This document shows, in pieces, positions 26,939 through 36,023 of a stretch of 64,000 nucleotides of DNA (position 1 is its first letter; each line of letters starts with the position of its first letter). Origin of the DNA: an uncultured Phycisphaeraceae bacterium (GTDB taxonomy: Bacteria; Planctomycetota; Phycisphaerae; Phycisphaerales; UBA1924). The DNA is taken from contig CAZTQN010000004.1 in the NCBI GenBank assembly GCA_964615765.1, positions 44,291 through 108,290 of the forward strand, written 5' to 3'. The notes beneath the pieces are model-generated. The model saw only the letters and a program-made list of their open reading frames with translations. It did no database searches and had not been told where the DNA came from. Position numbers and translations under genes: made by a program.

Positions 26939-27042
26939 CTCCGTCCGGTTTGCCCGGTCTCGCCAGTTCGCCCAAAGCCCGTGACCGGAAGGGGCGATGA
27001 CACCCCGAGTTCCCCTCGGGACGGGTGAGGGGCCAAGCACGC

Positions 27043-28545
27043 ATGAACCCAGAACTCATCGAACGCGTGATGAGCTGTCGCGACCTGCCGAGTCTTCCGG
27101 CGGTCGCCGTGCGTGTTGTTGAACTCACCAACTCCGACCGCGTCAACATGCGCGACCTGGCGGAGGCGATCCAGAACGACCAGGCGCTGGCCGCGAAGGT
27201 TCTGCGGACGGTCAACTCCAGCCTGTTCGGCCTGCGGACCAAGTGCGCCAACATCAACCAGGCGATCGTCATGCTCGGGCTCTCGAGCGTGAAGTCGCTG
27301 GCCCTGGGCTTCACGCTCGTGGGCGCGATCCGCGACAAGGTCGGCAACGGGATCAACCTCGAAGACCACTGGCGCCGCGCGCTCTATACCGGCGTCGCCG
27401 CACGCCTGATCGCGCAGCGGGCCCGCGCCCCTGACCCGGAAGAGGCCTTCCTGGGCGGGCTGCTGCAAGACGTCGGCATGGTCGCGCTGTCGCAGACGCT
27501 CGGGCGGACGTACCACGACATCGTCACCCGCGCGAGCGGCAACCACCGCAGCGTGTGCAAGTTCGAGCTCGAGGCGCTGCAGACCCAGCACCCCGACGTG
27601 GGCGCCATGCTCGCCAAGCGCTGGAAACTGCCGGACCAGCTCGTGATGCCCATCAAGTATCACGAGCGGGCCACCGCCGCCCCGGTCGAGCACTCGCTGA
27701 TCTGCCGGGCCGTCGGGCTGGGCAACCTGGCGGCGGACGTGCTGACGGCGACCGACCCGTCCGAGCACCTCCGCAAGTTCTATCAGCGCGCTGAGCAGTG
27801 GTTCACCATGCGCCCGCTCGAAGCCGACGAGCTGTTCAACACCATCGGGCTGCAGGTGCGCGAGGTGGCCAAGCTGCTCAGCCTCCCCGCCGGGCAGCCG
27901 GTGGACGCGCAGCGCGTCATCTCCGCCGCCCGCGAACGGCTGACGGCGATTCAGCCCGACCAGGACGCGGGTGACGACCGCGGCGGCTCCGTCGCCGACG
28001 CGCCGGGCGTCGATGAACTCACCGGCCTTTCTGACCGCGTGCGCCTGGAACAGATGCTCGTGGTCGCTTTCGAGCAGGCCCAGCAGGGCATCGCGCCGAT
28101 GTCGATGGCGCTGCTGGAGATCGACCGCCTTGAGGACATCGCCAAACGCTGCGGGGCCGACGCGCTCGACGCGCTGGTCATCTCCGCCGCGTCGCGCCTG
28201 CAGCGCATCTTCTCGCCCGCCGGGGGTACGCTGTCACGCTACGACCTGCGCACGTTCGCGGTGCTCTTGCCCAAGTGCGAGCGGGCGGCGGCCGTCCGCC
28301 TGTGCGACCAGGCCCGGCGCGCCATCGTCACCGAACCCATCAAGCTCATCGCCGCGGCTCCCGGCTCGCCGCCCGAGGTCGCGCTGGGCGTCAGCATCGG
28401 GCTGGCCACCATCGAGCCCGCGCTCGCCAAGCGATTCGAGAGCCTTCAGGATTTCACGCGGATCGTCGAACAGGCGACCGCCGCGGCCCGCAAGGCCGGC
28501 TCCAGCGCCGTGCGTGTGTACGCCCCGCAGCCGCTCGCGGCGTAA
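27043..28545 (+). CDS. HDOD domain protein fused to a degenerate GGDEF domain
   Basis: The start is ATG 27043 (MNPELIERV). The HDOD pattern is LPSLPAVAVRVVELTNSD..DLAEAIQNDQALAAKVLRTVNSSLFGL...INQAIVMLGL...FLGGLLQDVGM. The C-terminal part has DELTGLSDR...ALLEIDRLEDI...LSRYDLRTFAVLL, where YDLRTF replaces GGDEF. Confidence 0.8.
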   Translation: MNPELIERVMSCRDLPSLPAVAVRVVELTNSDRVNMRDLAEAIQNDQALAAKVLRTVNSSLFGLRTKCANINQAIVMLGLSSVKSLALGFTLVGAIRDKVGNGINLEDHWRRALYTGVAARLIAQRARAPDPEEAFLGGLLQDVGMVALSQTLGRTYHDIVTRASGNHRSVCKFELEALQTQHPDVGAMLAKRWKLPDQLVMPIKYHERATAAPVEHSLICRAVGLGNLAADVLTATDPSEHLRKFYQRAEQWFTMRPLEADELFNTIGLQVREVAKLLSLPAGQPVDAQRVISAARERLTAIQPDQDAGDDRGGSVADAPGVDELTGLSDRVRLEQMLVVAFEQAQQGIAPMSMALLEIDRLEDIAKRCGADALDALVISAASRLQRIFSPAGGTLSRYDLRTFAVLLPKCERAAAVRLCDQARRAIVTEPIKLIAAAPGSPPEVALGVSIGLATIEPALAKRFESLQDFTRIVEQATAAARKAGSSAVRVYAPQPLAA

Positions 28546-28560
28546 CCGCGATGCTTGGAA

Positions 28561-29823
28561 TCAGGCCTTCTCAGGCAGCAGCCAGCCCAGCGTGCGCGGG
28601 CGCAGCGGGAAGTCGCGTAGCACCGCGCGAACATCGTCCACCGTTACGCGGTTGATGCGCTCGAGCTCTTCTTCCAGCGTGGTGTACCCGGCGTGATACA
28701 GCCAGTGCCGCCCGAGGCGCTGCATGCGCCCCGCGGGGCGTTCGCCGGCGAGCACGACCGCCGTCGCCGCCTTGCCGCGGATCTTCGCGAGGTCGTCCTC
28801 CGTCAGCGTCTTATCGAGCTCGTCGATCTGCTGCTCGACCACGCCCCAGACCTCGTCGGCCTTTTCGGGGTCGCAGGTCGCGAACACCATGAAGTCGCCG
28901 CACCCGTCGTGCTGGTCCAGGCTCGCCTCCGCCTGGTCAGCGAGGCCGGGGTCGATGAGCGACCAGTGCAGGCGGCTGTTGTCGGCCCCGCCGAGGATCT
29001 GGGCCAGCAGGCTCGCGGCGTACCGGCGCGGGTCGGTCGCCGACGGGCCCGGCGTGAGCATCAGCGCGTACGCGCGGTTGACCTTCGCGTCGCGGAGCGT
29101 CAGCGTGCGATCGCCCTTGGGCGGCGGGGTCGCGTCACGCCGCGCGCCCGTGCGCTTCCACGACCCGCACCGCGCGTTGATCTCCTCAACAGCCTGCTGA
29201 AAACTGACATTCCCCGCGATCGCGACCACCGTGTTGTCCGCCGAGTAGCGGTTCTCGAAGTACGCCCGCATCTGCGCGCTGGTCAGGTCGGTGATCGACT
29301 CCTTGGTGCCCAGCACGCGGTGCCCGAGCGGGTGCATGCCCGGCCCGCCCGGCGTGCCCGAACCCGCGAAGTGCTCCTCGAGCGTGCGCTCGTAGAGCAC
29401 GAAGAACGGGTTGTCGTCGTACATCGCGATCTCTTCGAGGATGACGTTCTTCTCGGTGTCGAAGTCCGCCTGGCGCAGGGCCGGGCGCATCATGTCCGAG
29501 AGCAGGTCCGTCGCGCCGCCGGGCCCGAGCAGGCGGTCGGGCAACACGCTCGCGTAGAAGCAGGTCATCTCGTGGCTGGTATACGCGTTGTTCTTGGCGC
29601 CGATGGCGTCGAAGCCGCGGTTGATGTCCTCCGCCGTCCGCCGATCGGTCCCCTTGAACATCATGTGCTCAAGGAAGTGGCTGACGCCCATGACGTTCAG
29701 GGCCTCGTCGCGGGCCCCGGTCTTGACGAAGTACCCGACCGCCGCGGAATGGGCCGAGGGATCGACCTCCGCGATGATCGTCAGCCCGTTGTCCAGCGTG
29801 GCGTTATGGAAAGTCAGCGGCAT
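28561..29823 (-). CDS. M16-family (pitrilysin/insulinase) zinc peptidase
   Basis: From ATG 29823 the protein reads MPLTFHNATLDNGLTIIAE...GVSHFLEHMMFKGT (HxxEH inverted zinc motif) ...NAYTSHEMTCFY. Confidence 0.85.
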   Translation of the reverse strand: MPLTFHNATLDNGLTIIAEVDPSAHSAAVGYFVKTGARDEALNVMGVSHFLEHMMFKGTDRRTAEDINRGFDAIGAKNNAYTSHEMTCFYASVLPDRLLGPGGATDLLSDMMRPALRQADFDTEKNVILEEIAMYDDNPFFVLYERTLEEHFAGSGTPGGPGMHPLGHRVLGTKESITDLTSAQMRAYFENRYSADNTVVAIAGNVSFQQAVEEINARCGSWKRTGARRDATPPPKGDRTLTLRDAKVNRAYALMLTPGPSATDPRRYAASLLAQILGGADNSRLHWSLIDPGLADQAEASLDQHDGCGDFMVFATCDPEKADEVWGVVEQQIDELDKTLTEDDLAKIRGKAATAVVLAGERPAGRMQRLGRHWLYHAGYTTLEEELERINRVTVDDVRAVLRDFPLRPRTLGWLLPEKA

Positions 29824-29869
29824 GGGAAAGGGTAGTGGGCGAGGCGGCGGCCCGGGCTACCGTCGGGCT

Positions 29870-30598
29870 GTGGACCCGCACCGGATTTTCCATGACGTTC
29901 AGGCCATCACGTTCGATTGTTACGGGACGTTGATCGACTGGGAGACCGGGATCCGATCGGCCTTGGTCCCGCTGATCCAGAACGGGTCCCGGTCGCCGGG
30001 CGGTGCGGACGCCGCCCGGGCCATCGAGACGTTCGGGCGGATCGAGCGCCAGGTGCAGGAGGGGCCGTACCGCCCGTACGCCCAGGTGCTGGTCGAGGTC
30101 CAGCGCCGCGTGCTGGATGAACTCGGCGTGCCGGCGGACCCGTCTCAGGCGGACGCGCTCAGCACCTCGCTGCCGACCTGGCCCGCGTTCGCCGAGACGC
30201 CGGGCTGCCTGCGGGCCCTCAAGGCGTTCGCGCGTCTGGGGGTACTTTCCAACATTGATGATCGCTTGTTCGCGCACTCGGCCCGCAAACTCGGCGTAGA
30301 CCTCGATGTGCTCGTCACCGCCGAACAGGTCCGCTCGTACAAACCGGGCTTGGCTCACTTTCAGGAAGGCCTCCGCCGCCTGAACCTGACGCCGGACCGG
30401 GTGCTGCACGTGGCGGAGAGCCGGTTTCATGACATCGAGCCCGCTTCGTCGATGGGGTTCCGCACGGTGTGGGTCAACCGGGCCGGCGGGAGCCCGGCGG
30501 CGTCCGGCATCGGCGGGGCCACCGCCGCCGAGCCGACACTCACCGTCCGTTCGCTGAGCGAACTGGTGGCTCTCTTGCCGAATCGCGGGATGACATGA
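29870..30598 (+). CDS. HAD-superfamily hydrolase, haloacid dehalogenase type II-like
   Basis: This is the frame of ORF 29588..30598. Motifs are AITFDCYGTLIDWE (DxYGT motif I), GVLSNID (motif II), VRSYKPGLAHF and VLHVAESRFHDI. The start is placed at GTG 29870, just past the divergent M16 gene. In-frame ATG 29822 would overlap that gene's start. Confidence 0.75.
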   Translation: MDPHRIFHDVQAITFDCYGTLIDWETGIRSALVPLIQNGSRSPGGADAARAIETFGRIERQVQEGPYRPYAQVLVEVQRRVLDELGVPADPSQADALSTSLPTWPAFAETPGCLRALKAFARLGVLSNIDDRLFAHSARKLGVDLDVLVTAEQVRSYKPGLAHFQEGLRRLNLTPDRVLHVAESRFHDIEPASSMGFRTVWVNRAGGSPAASGIGGATAAEPTLTVRSLSELVALLPNRGMT

Positions 30599-30885
30599 AG
30601 CGTTCGGGTCTTGTACTGAACGGTGTGGCCGTGGTCGCCCTGGTGGGCGGGGTGTACTGCCTGTACCGGGCCCTGGGGCCGATCGTCGCGATGTACGCCG
30701 ACGCGCTGGCCGACCCGATGGGCAACGCCGGCGGCGACGAGCAGGTCAACGCCATCCAGCACGACGCCTGGGTGTGGGGGCCGATCGGGGTCATGCTCTT
30801 CCTGGTGGCCACGGTCTTGAGCTGGATCGCGACGATGCGCTGGCTGCGGCGCCTGCTGGGTCGGACGGACGCGGCCAAGCCGTGA
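30595..30885 (+). CDS. Small two-TM membrane protein, unknown function
   Basis: ATG 30595 overlaps the upstream stop as ATGA. Hydrophobic segments are MKRSGLVLNGVAVVALVGGVYCLY and WVWGPIGVMLFLVATVLSWIATM. Confidence 0.6.
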   Translation: MKRSGLVLNGVAVVALVGGVYCLYRALGPIVAMYADALADPMGNAGGDEQVNAIQHDAWVWGPIGVMLFLVATVLSWIATMRWLRRLLGRTDAAKP

Positions 30886-31102
30886 CCCGTCCCCGACCGC
30901 ACAGACCGACCGGCGCGACTCAGGAATTGCCCCTTTGTCGCGGTATTCAGTCGGGTTCCGTTCGCCCGGGGGTGGGCACTTTGATACGCTCCGGGCGGTG
31001 GATCGCCGATAACGCAACCGGCGGCGCATGCCCGCTGACCACCCTCCCCCCACCACCGCCGCCGCAGCGGCCCGGCCACTGGCGTCAAGGAATCCCCCGC
31101 AC

Positions 31103-32149
31103 GTGATCTTCGACCGTCTGCTCAGTTTCTTCAGCGTCGACATGGGGATCGACCTCGGCACGTGCAACACGCTCGTCGCCGTTCGCGGGCAGGGCATCGT
31201 GCTCAACGAGCCCAGCGTCGTCGCCGTGTGGAAGGGGACCAACCGCGTCGTCCGCAACGGCGAGGCCGTCGGCTGGATGGCCAAGGAAATGCTCGGCAAG
31301 ACGCCCGGGACGATCTCCGCCATCCGCCCGCTCAAAGACGGCGTGATCTCCGACTTCGAGATCACCGAGGCGATGCTGCAGTACTTCATCCGCAAGGTCA
31401 ACGGGCGCAACTTCATCGGCCCGCGCGTCGTCGTCAGCGTTCCCTCCGGCATCACCGCCGTCGAGAAACGCGCTGTCTACGACTCCTCCGCCCGCGCCGG
31501 CGCACGCAAGACGTGGCTGATCGAAGAACCGCTCGCCGCCGCCATCGGCGCCGGGCTCCCGTTCGCCGAGGCCACGGCGTCCGCGATCGTCGACATCGGC
31601 GGGGGGACCACCGAAGTCGCCGTGCTCTCGCTTGGTGATATCGCCGTCTGCGAGTCCGTCCGCGTCGCGGGCGACGACATGGACGAAGCGATCATCAACC
31701 ACATGAAGAAGACCTACAACCTGATGATCGGCGAGCAGACGGCCGAACGCATCAAGATCGACGTCGGCTCCGCGGCCCCCTCCGGCGAAGAGTCGCACCT
31801 GGAAGTCCGCGGGCGCGACATGATCTCCGGCCTGCCGCGCAAGGTCGTCATCACCAGCGAAGAAGTCCGCGAAGCCCTGCAGGAGCCCGTCGGGGCCATC
31901 ATCGAGAGCGTGACGCGTACCCTCGAACGCGTCGAGCCCGAACTCGCGGCCGACCTCGTCGAGAACGGCATCACGCTCGCCGGGGGCGGCGCTCTGCTCC
32001 GCGGTATGAACACCGTGCTCTCCAACGCCACCGGGCTGGAAGTCAAGATCGCCGACGACCCGCTGACCTGCGTCGCGCGGGGCACGGCGATCTATCTCGA
32101 GCACATCGAAGAGTGGAAGATCGCGCTGGAGAGCGATCTGGAAGGCTGA
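31103..32149 (+). CDS. mreB: Rod-shape determining protein MreB
   Basis: From GTG 31103 (AAGGA upstream) the protein reads IFDRLLSFFSVDMGIDLGTCNTLVAV...IRPLKDGVISDFE...VVSVPSGITAVEKRA...IVDIGGGTTEVAVLSLG...ITLAGGGALLRG. Confidence 0.92.
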   Translation: MIFDRLLSFFSVDMGIDLGTCNTLVAVRGQGIVLNEPSVVAVWKGTNRVVRNGEAVGWMAKEMLGKTPGTISAIRPLKDGVISDFEITEAMLQYFIRKVNGRNFIGPRVVVSVPSGITAVEKRAVYDSSARAGARKTWLIEEPLAAAIGAGLPFAEATASAIVDIGGGTTEVAVLSLGDIAVCESVRVAGDDMDEAIINHMKKTYNLMIGEQTAERIKIDVGSAAPSGEESHLEVRGRDMISGLPRKVVITSEEVREALQEPVGAIIESVTRTLERVEPELAADLVENGITLAGGGALLRGMNTVLSNATGLEVKIADDPLTCVARGTAIYLEHIEEWKIALESDLEG

Positions 32150-32178
32150 ACCTCGACCGCACTTTCCGACCTTCATTC

Positions 32179-33096
32179 ATGGCGCGCCCTGCCGGTTGGC
32201 TCAGCCCCCGTTCGACGCTCACCGCCGCCGTGGCGCTGCTGTCCATCCTGTCCATCGCCCCCCCGCTGCTGACCTCCTGGGCCGGGGCGATGCAGCGCCC
32301 GGTCACCTTCCTGCTCGCGCCCGTGCAGCTGCCCGTCCGCAACCTCGTCCTCACGCTCACCCGCTCGGACGACGCGCCGGACTGGTCGGACCCCGAGATC
32401 GCCGCCCTGGTCGCGCAGAAGGACCAGCTCGACCTGGCCCTCCGCCAAGCCAACCGCCTGAACGAAGACCTGCGCCAGCAGATCCGCGAGCTCACGCTCG
32501 GCATGAACCTCGTGCCCGACTTCGTCCCGCGACTGATCGGGCCCGTGCCCGTCATCGGCTCCGGCGCTGACGCGGGCGGGCTGTACACCATCCGCGCCGG
32601 CACGCGCCAGGGCGTCGACGTCGGCGGGCTCGCCGTCCTCCGCGGGGTCCACCTCGTGGGCCGCGTGCAGCGCGCCGGCGACGTCACGGCGAGCGTCATC
32701 GCCATCACCGACCCCGCGCTCAAACAGCCCGTCGGCGGGGTCGTCATGCTCGACGACTCCACGCCCGGCCCGGCCTGCCTGCTCGAGCCCACCGGCGAGG
32801 GCACGCTCGCCGGGCGACTCGAAGACGCCGCCGACCCCAACCTTCCCGCCCCGCAGATCGTGCCCGGCCTGACCGTCCGCCTGCAAGACCCGCAGTGGCC
32901 GCTCGCGGCTCACATGCTCATCCTGGGCACCGTCGAGCGTGTCGAGCCGATGCCGCAGCAGCCGCTGCGCCGCGTCATCACCATCCGCCCGGAAGTCCGC
33001 CTCGACCGCGCCCGCGAGGTCACGATCCGCACCAGCGCCCCGCGCCCCGCATCGCCCGCACCGGCAGGAGCCGGCTCGACAGGAGCACCCCCGTGA
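32179..33096 (+). CDS. mreC: Rod-shape determining protein MreC
   Basis: The gene follows mreB directly. It has an N-terminal TM segment (TAAVALLSILSIAPPLL), a coiled-coil (LVAQKDQLDLALRQANRLNEDLRQQIRELT) and beta-barrel motifs (GTRQGVDVGGLAVLRGVHLVGRVQRAG..ASVIAITD). Confidence 0.8.
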   Translation: MARPAGWLSPRSTLTAAVALLSILSIAPPLLTSWAGAMQRPVTFLLAPVQLPVRNLVLTLTRSDDAPDWSDPEIAALVAQKDQLDLALRQANRLNEDLRQQIRELTLGMNLVPDFVPRLIGPVPVIGSGADAGGLYTIRAGTRQGVDVGGLAVLRGVHLVGRVQRAGDVTASVIAITDPALKQPVGGVVMLDDSTPGPACLLEPTGEGTLAGRLEDAADPNLPAPQIVPGLTVRLQDPQWPLAAHMLILGTVERVEPMPQQPLRRVITIRPEVRLDRAREVTIRTSAPRPASPAPAGAGSTGAPP

Positions 33097-33653
33097 GGTG
33101 GCCGGTCGTCGTCGTCTTCGGCTATCTCTTCCTCGCGGTCGAGATCGGCCTGCGCGAAGGCCTGGGCATCGGCCCGCGCAACACCTCGCCCTCGCTGGTC
33201 ATCCCGCTGATCGTCTTCGTCGCCCTGCACGCGCCCGCCCTCGCGACACTCTGGACCGCCGCCCTGCTGGGCGTCGTCGTCGACCTCTCGACGCTGCGCG
33301 GCCCCGGGGCCGTGGTCGTCGTCGGGCCGCACGCGCTGGGCTATCTGCTCGCCGCGTACTTCGTCCTCACCATCCGCGGCGTGATGATCAAACGCAGCCC
33401 GTGGACGCTGGTGGTCCTCTCCATCGTCGCCGCGCTGCTCGCCCACATCGTCGTCGTCGCCCTGTTCGTCTTCCGCAAGATCTACGGCGAGGCGATCGAC
33501 TTCGTCGCCTGGCGCGAACTCGTCGACCGCTTCATCCGCAGCCTGCTCACCGGGGCCGCGGCTTTGGTGCTCTCGGCGGTGTTGTTCCCCGTCACCGGGC
33601 TCTTCGGCTTCACGGACCCGCACCTCCGCCGCCCGATGTCCCGCTCGCGCTGA
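33093..33653 (+). CDS. mreD: Rod-shape determining protein MreD
   Basis: GTG 33093 overlaps the mreC stop as GTGA, with AGGAG at 33081-33085. It is a polytopic hydrophobic protein (VVVVFGYLFLAVEIGL, LVIPLIVFVALHAP, TLVVLSIVAALLAHIVVVALFVF) in the canonical mreBCD position. Confidence 0.75.
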   Translation: MRWPVVVVFGYLFLAVEIGLREGLGIGPRNTSPSLVIPLIVFVALHAPALATLWTAALLGVVVDLSTLRGPGAVVVVGPHALGYLLAAYFVLTIRGVMIKRSPWTLVVLSIVAALLAHIVVVALFVFRKIYGEAIDFVAWRELVDRFIRSLLTGAAALVLSAVLFPVTGLFGFTDPHLRRPMSRSR

Positions 33654-33676
33654 CGATCTGGAGACCGGTCCACCCC

Positions 33677-34984
33677 ATGAGTCTCGCCAAGCCCACGACC
33701 GTTCCGCCCGCCGCGCTCGCCGCTGACCTGCCGCCGATCGTCCTGATCGATGAATCGCGCGCGGGACTCGCGCCGCTGACGGACCTGCGTGCAGTGTTCG
33801 ACGTCCGCACCGGAGCCGCGACCCTCGCCGAGCGTCTGACGCTGCAAGGCGTACCGCCCGCGGCGATGCTCGTGCCCGATCATCTGGCCGACCTCACCCG
33901 CGAGCGTCACCCGTCCACGCCGATCAACACGCTCGACCACCTCGCCGGCGACGTGCTGATCGTGAGCGGTGCCGCCGGGCCCGTCACGCTCGACCATCTC
34001 CAGACCGCCGCGAGGAGCGCGGGGCGCGATGTGTTCGACGCGCACGGCTCCCTGGTGGCTCGGCGTGCCGACGTCCGCGAACTTCGCGCGACGCCCGCCG
34101 GCGCCCGCCTCGCCCTCGCGCACGCGAACTCCGCCGAGCGCCCCTTGCCGACGCGCCTGGTCATGTCGCGCCCGTGGCACGTGCGCTCGATGCGGGACGC
34201 GTGCGTCGCGATGGACCTCGCCCTGATCGCGCAGCGCATCCGCTCCGGCCCGCCGCGAACCGTGCCGCTGGAGAACGTCACGGTCATCGGCCAGCGTCCG
34301 CTGACGATCGCGGCGTCCGCAAAGATCGCGCCCGGCTGCATCCTCGATGTCGAAGCCGGCCCGATCGTGATCGACGAGCGCGCCAGCGTGCGCCCCGGCG
34401 CGATCATCATCGGCCCCGTCTACTTGGGCCCGGACTCCGCCGCCCTCGAACGCGCCACCATCCGCCCCAACACCGCGATCGGCCCGTTCTGCAAGGTCAA
34501 CGGCGAAGTCGGCGGGACGATCTTCCAGGGCTTCGCCAACAAGGCCCACGACGGCTACCTCGGCGACTCGTACGTCGGCGAGTGGGTCAACCTCGGCGCC
34601 GGCACCACCGGCTCCAACCTCCTCAACACTTACGCCGAGATCGTCGCCAAGGCCCCCGACGACGCGGGCACCATCACCAATCAGCGCACCGGCGAAACGT
34701 TCTTCGGCTGCGTGCTGGGCGACCACGTCAAAGCCGCGATCTGCACGCGGATCATGACCGGCTCGATCATCGGCACCGGCGCGATGTTCGCCGCGTCGTA
34801 CCCGCTCTCGGGCTGCACGCCGGCGATGACCTGGATCACCGACGACCCGTCGGGCAAACCAAGCCCGCGTCCGTACCGCTTCGAGAAGTTCCTCGAAGTC
34901 GCCATCGCCGTCATGGCCCGACGCAACGTCTCGCCCTCGCCGGCGTATATCTCCGCACTCCGCCGGCTGGCGCACACGAGTTAG
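33677..34984 (+). CDS. Putative sugar nucleotidyltransferase with left-handed beta-helix (hexapeptide) C-terminal domain (alternative GlmU-like)
   Basis: The start is ATG 33677. IVLIDESRAGLAPLTDLRAVFDVRTGAATLAERL resembles the N-terminus of the putative sugar nucleotidyl transferase family. Hexapeptide-like turns are VIGQRPLTIAASAKIAPGCILDVEAGPIVIDERASVRPGAIIIGPVYLG and GYLGDSYVGEWVNLGAGT. Confidence 0.6.
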   Translation: MSLAKPTTVPPAALAADLPPIVLIDESRAGLAPLTDLRAVFDVRTGAATLAERLTLQGVPPAAMLVPDHLADLTRERHPSTPINTLDHLAGDVLIVSGAAGPVTLDHLQTAARSAGRDVFDAHGSLVARRADVRELRATPAGARLALAHANSAERPLPTRLVMSRPWHVRSMRDACVAMDLALIAQRIRSGPPRTVPLENVTVIGQRPLTIAASAKIAPGCILDVEAGPIVIDERASVRPGAIIIGPVYLGPDSAALERATIRPNTAIGPFCKVNGEVGGTIFQGFANKAHDGYLGDSYVGEWVNLGAGTTGSNLLNTYAEIVAKAPDDAGTITNQRTGETFFGCVLGDHVKAAICTRIMTGSIIGTGAMFAASYPLSGCTPAMTWITDDPSGKPSPRPYRFEKFLEVAIAVMARRNVSPSPAYISALRRLAHTS

Positions 34985-35008
34985 CCGGGGTCACGCCGGA
35001 GGCTCCGC

Positions 35009-35614
35009 ATGAGCCAGAACGGTCCGCAGCCGCCGCCAGAGAATCTCAACGACACCGCGACGGCGCCCAGCGCCGCCACCCCGCCAACCTCCCCGCAGCC
35101 ACTCGCGCACCGGTCCAACGCCCCGAACCCGATGCCCACGCGGATCGCGGTCCGCAACGCGGTCATCATCGCCGCGGGCGTTGCGCTGGCCTTCGCCGGC
35201 CTCACCGGTTCACTGGATCGCAGCCTGAACACCGCCGCCAGCGTCGGCGTTATCTGCTTCGCCCCGCTGGCGGTGCTGTTCGTGCTCGTCGCCTTCCTCT
35301 CAACCTACGGCGTGCACGCCCGCTCGCTCTGCGGGTTCTGCGGCTACGACCGGCGCGGGCTCAAACCCGCCGAGCATTGCCCCGAGTGCGGACACGTGTA
35401 CGACACCAAGGCCCCCGGCTACACCGCCATCGGCCGGCGCAGCCTGCCGGTAACCGCGTGGCTACCGCCGCTGCTGTGGCTCGTCGTCGCGCCCCTCAGC
35501 ACGCGATTCGCTCACGACGTCGCGTCCCAACGCTTGCTGATGATCGGCTGGTTCGGAGTGTTGGTGTTCCTGATCATCCACGCAGGTTGGCGGGTAACGC
35601 AGCTGCGGCGGTGA
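35009..35614 (+). CDS. Membrane protein with central zinc-ribbon-like CxxC...CxxC motif
   Basis: The start is ATG 35009. The N-terminus is Pro/Ala-rich, with TM helices AVIIAAGVALAFAGL, VICFAPLAVLFVLVAFL and GWFGVLVFLIIHAGW. The motif is CGFCGYDRRGLKPAEHCPECGH. Confidence 0.55.
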   Translation: MSQNGPQPPPENLNDTATAPSAATPPTSPQPLAHRSNAPNPMPTRIAVRNAVIIAAGVALAFAGLTGSLDRSLNTAASVGVICFAPLAVLFVLVAFLSTYGVHARSLCGFCGYDRRGLKPAEHCPECGHVYDTKAPGYTAIGRRSLPVTAWLPPLLWLVVAPLSTRFAHDVASQRLLMIGWFGVLVFLIIHAGWRVTQLRR

Positions 35615-35672
35615 GCGCCACCCCCGGACGGCCGACCTCTCGCGCCACCCCGGCTGCCACTACAATCCCGCC

Positions 35673-35966
35673 ATGGACCGCGACGCCATCATCGCCCGGC
35701 TGCGCCAGGAAATGCCCCTGCTACACGCCAAGTTCGGCGTCTCCGGGCTGTTGCTGTTCGGCTCGTTCGCTCGCGGTGATCAGCACCCGGACAGCGACGT
35801 CGACCTTCTCGCCGAGTTCGACCGCCCCACATCGCTGTACGAACTCGCAGGCCTGCTGGTGCACCTGGAAGAAGTCATCGGCCGCCGCGTCGATGTCGGG
35901 CCGCTCGACTCGCTCCGACCGCAGATCCGCGAAGAGGTGCTGGCGGAGGCACGCCGTGTCGCGTAG
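35673..35966 (+). CDS. MNT-type nucleotidyltransferase (Pol-beta superfamily; MntA-like antitoxin fold), solitary
   Basis: LLLFGSFARGDQHPDSDVDLLAEF carries the G-S-x(2)-R-G...D-x-D minimal nucleotidyltransferase motif. The protein is 97 aa. No DUF86/HepT partner ORF fits in the 57 nt before polA. Confidence 0.8.
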   Translation: MDRDAIIARLRQEMPLLHAKFGVSGLLLFGSFARGDQHPDSDVDLLAEFDRPTSLYELAGLLVHLEEVIGRRVDVGPLDSLRPQIREEVLAEARRVA

Positions 35967-36023
35967 GCCAACGCTCGGCCAGTTCATCGATACACCGGCT
36001 CCAACTACGGCGTCCTAACCCGC

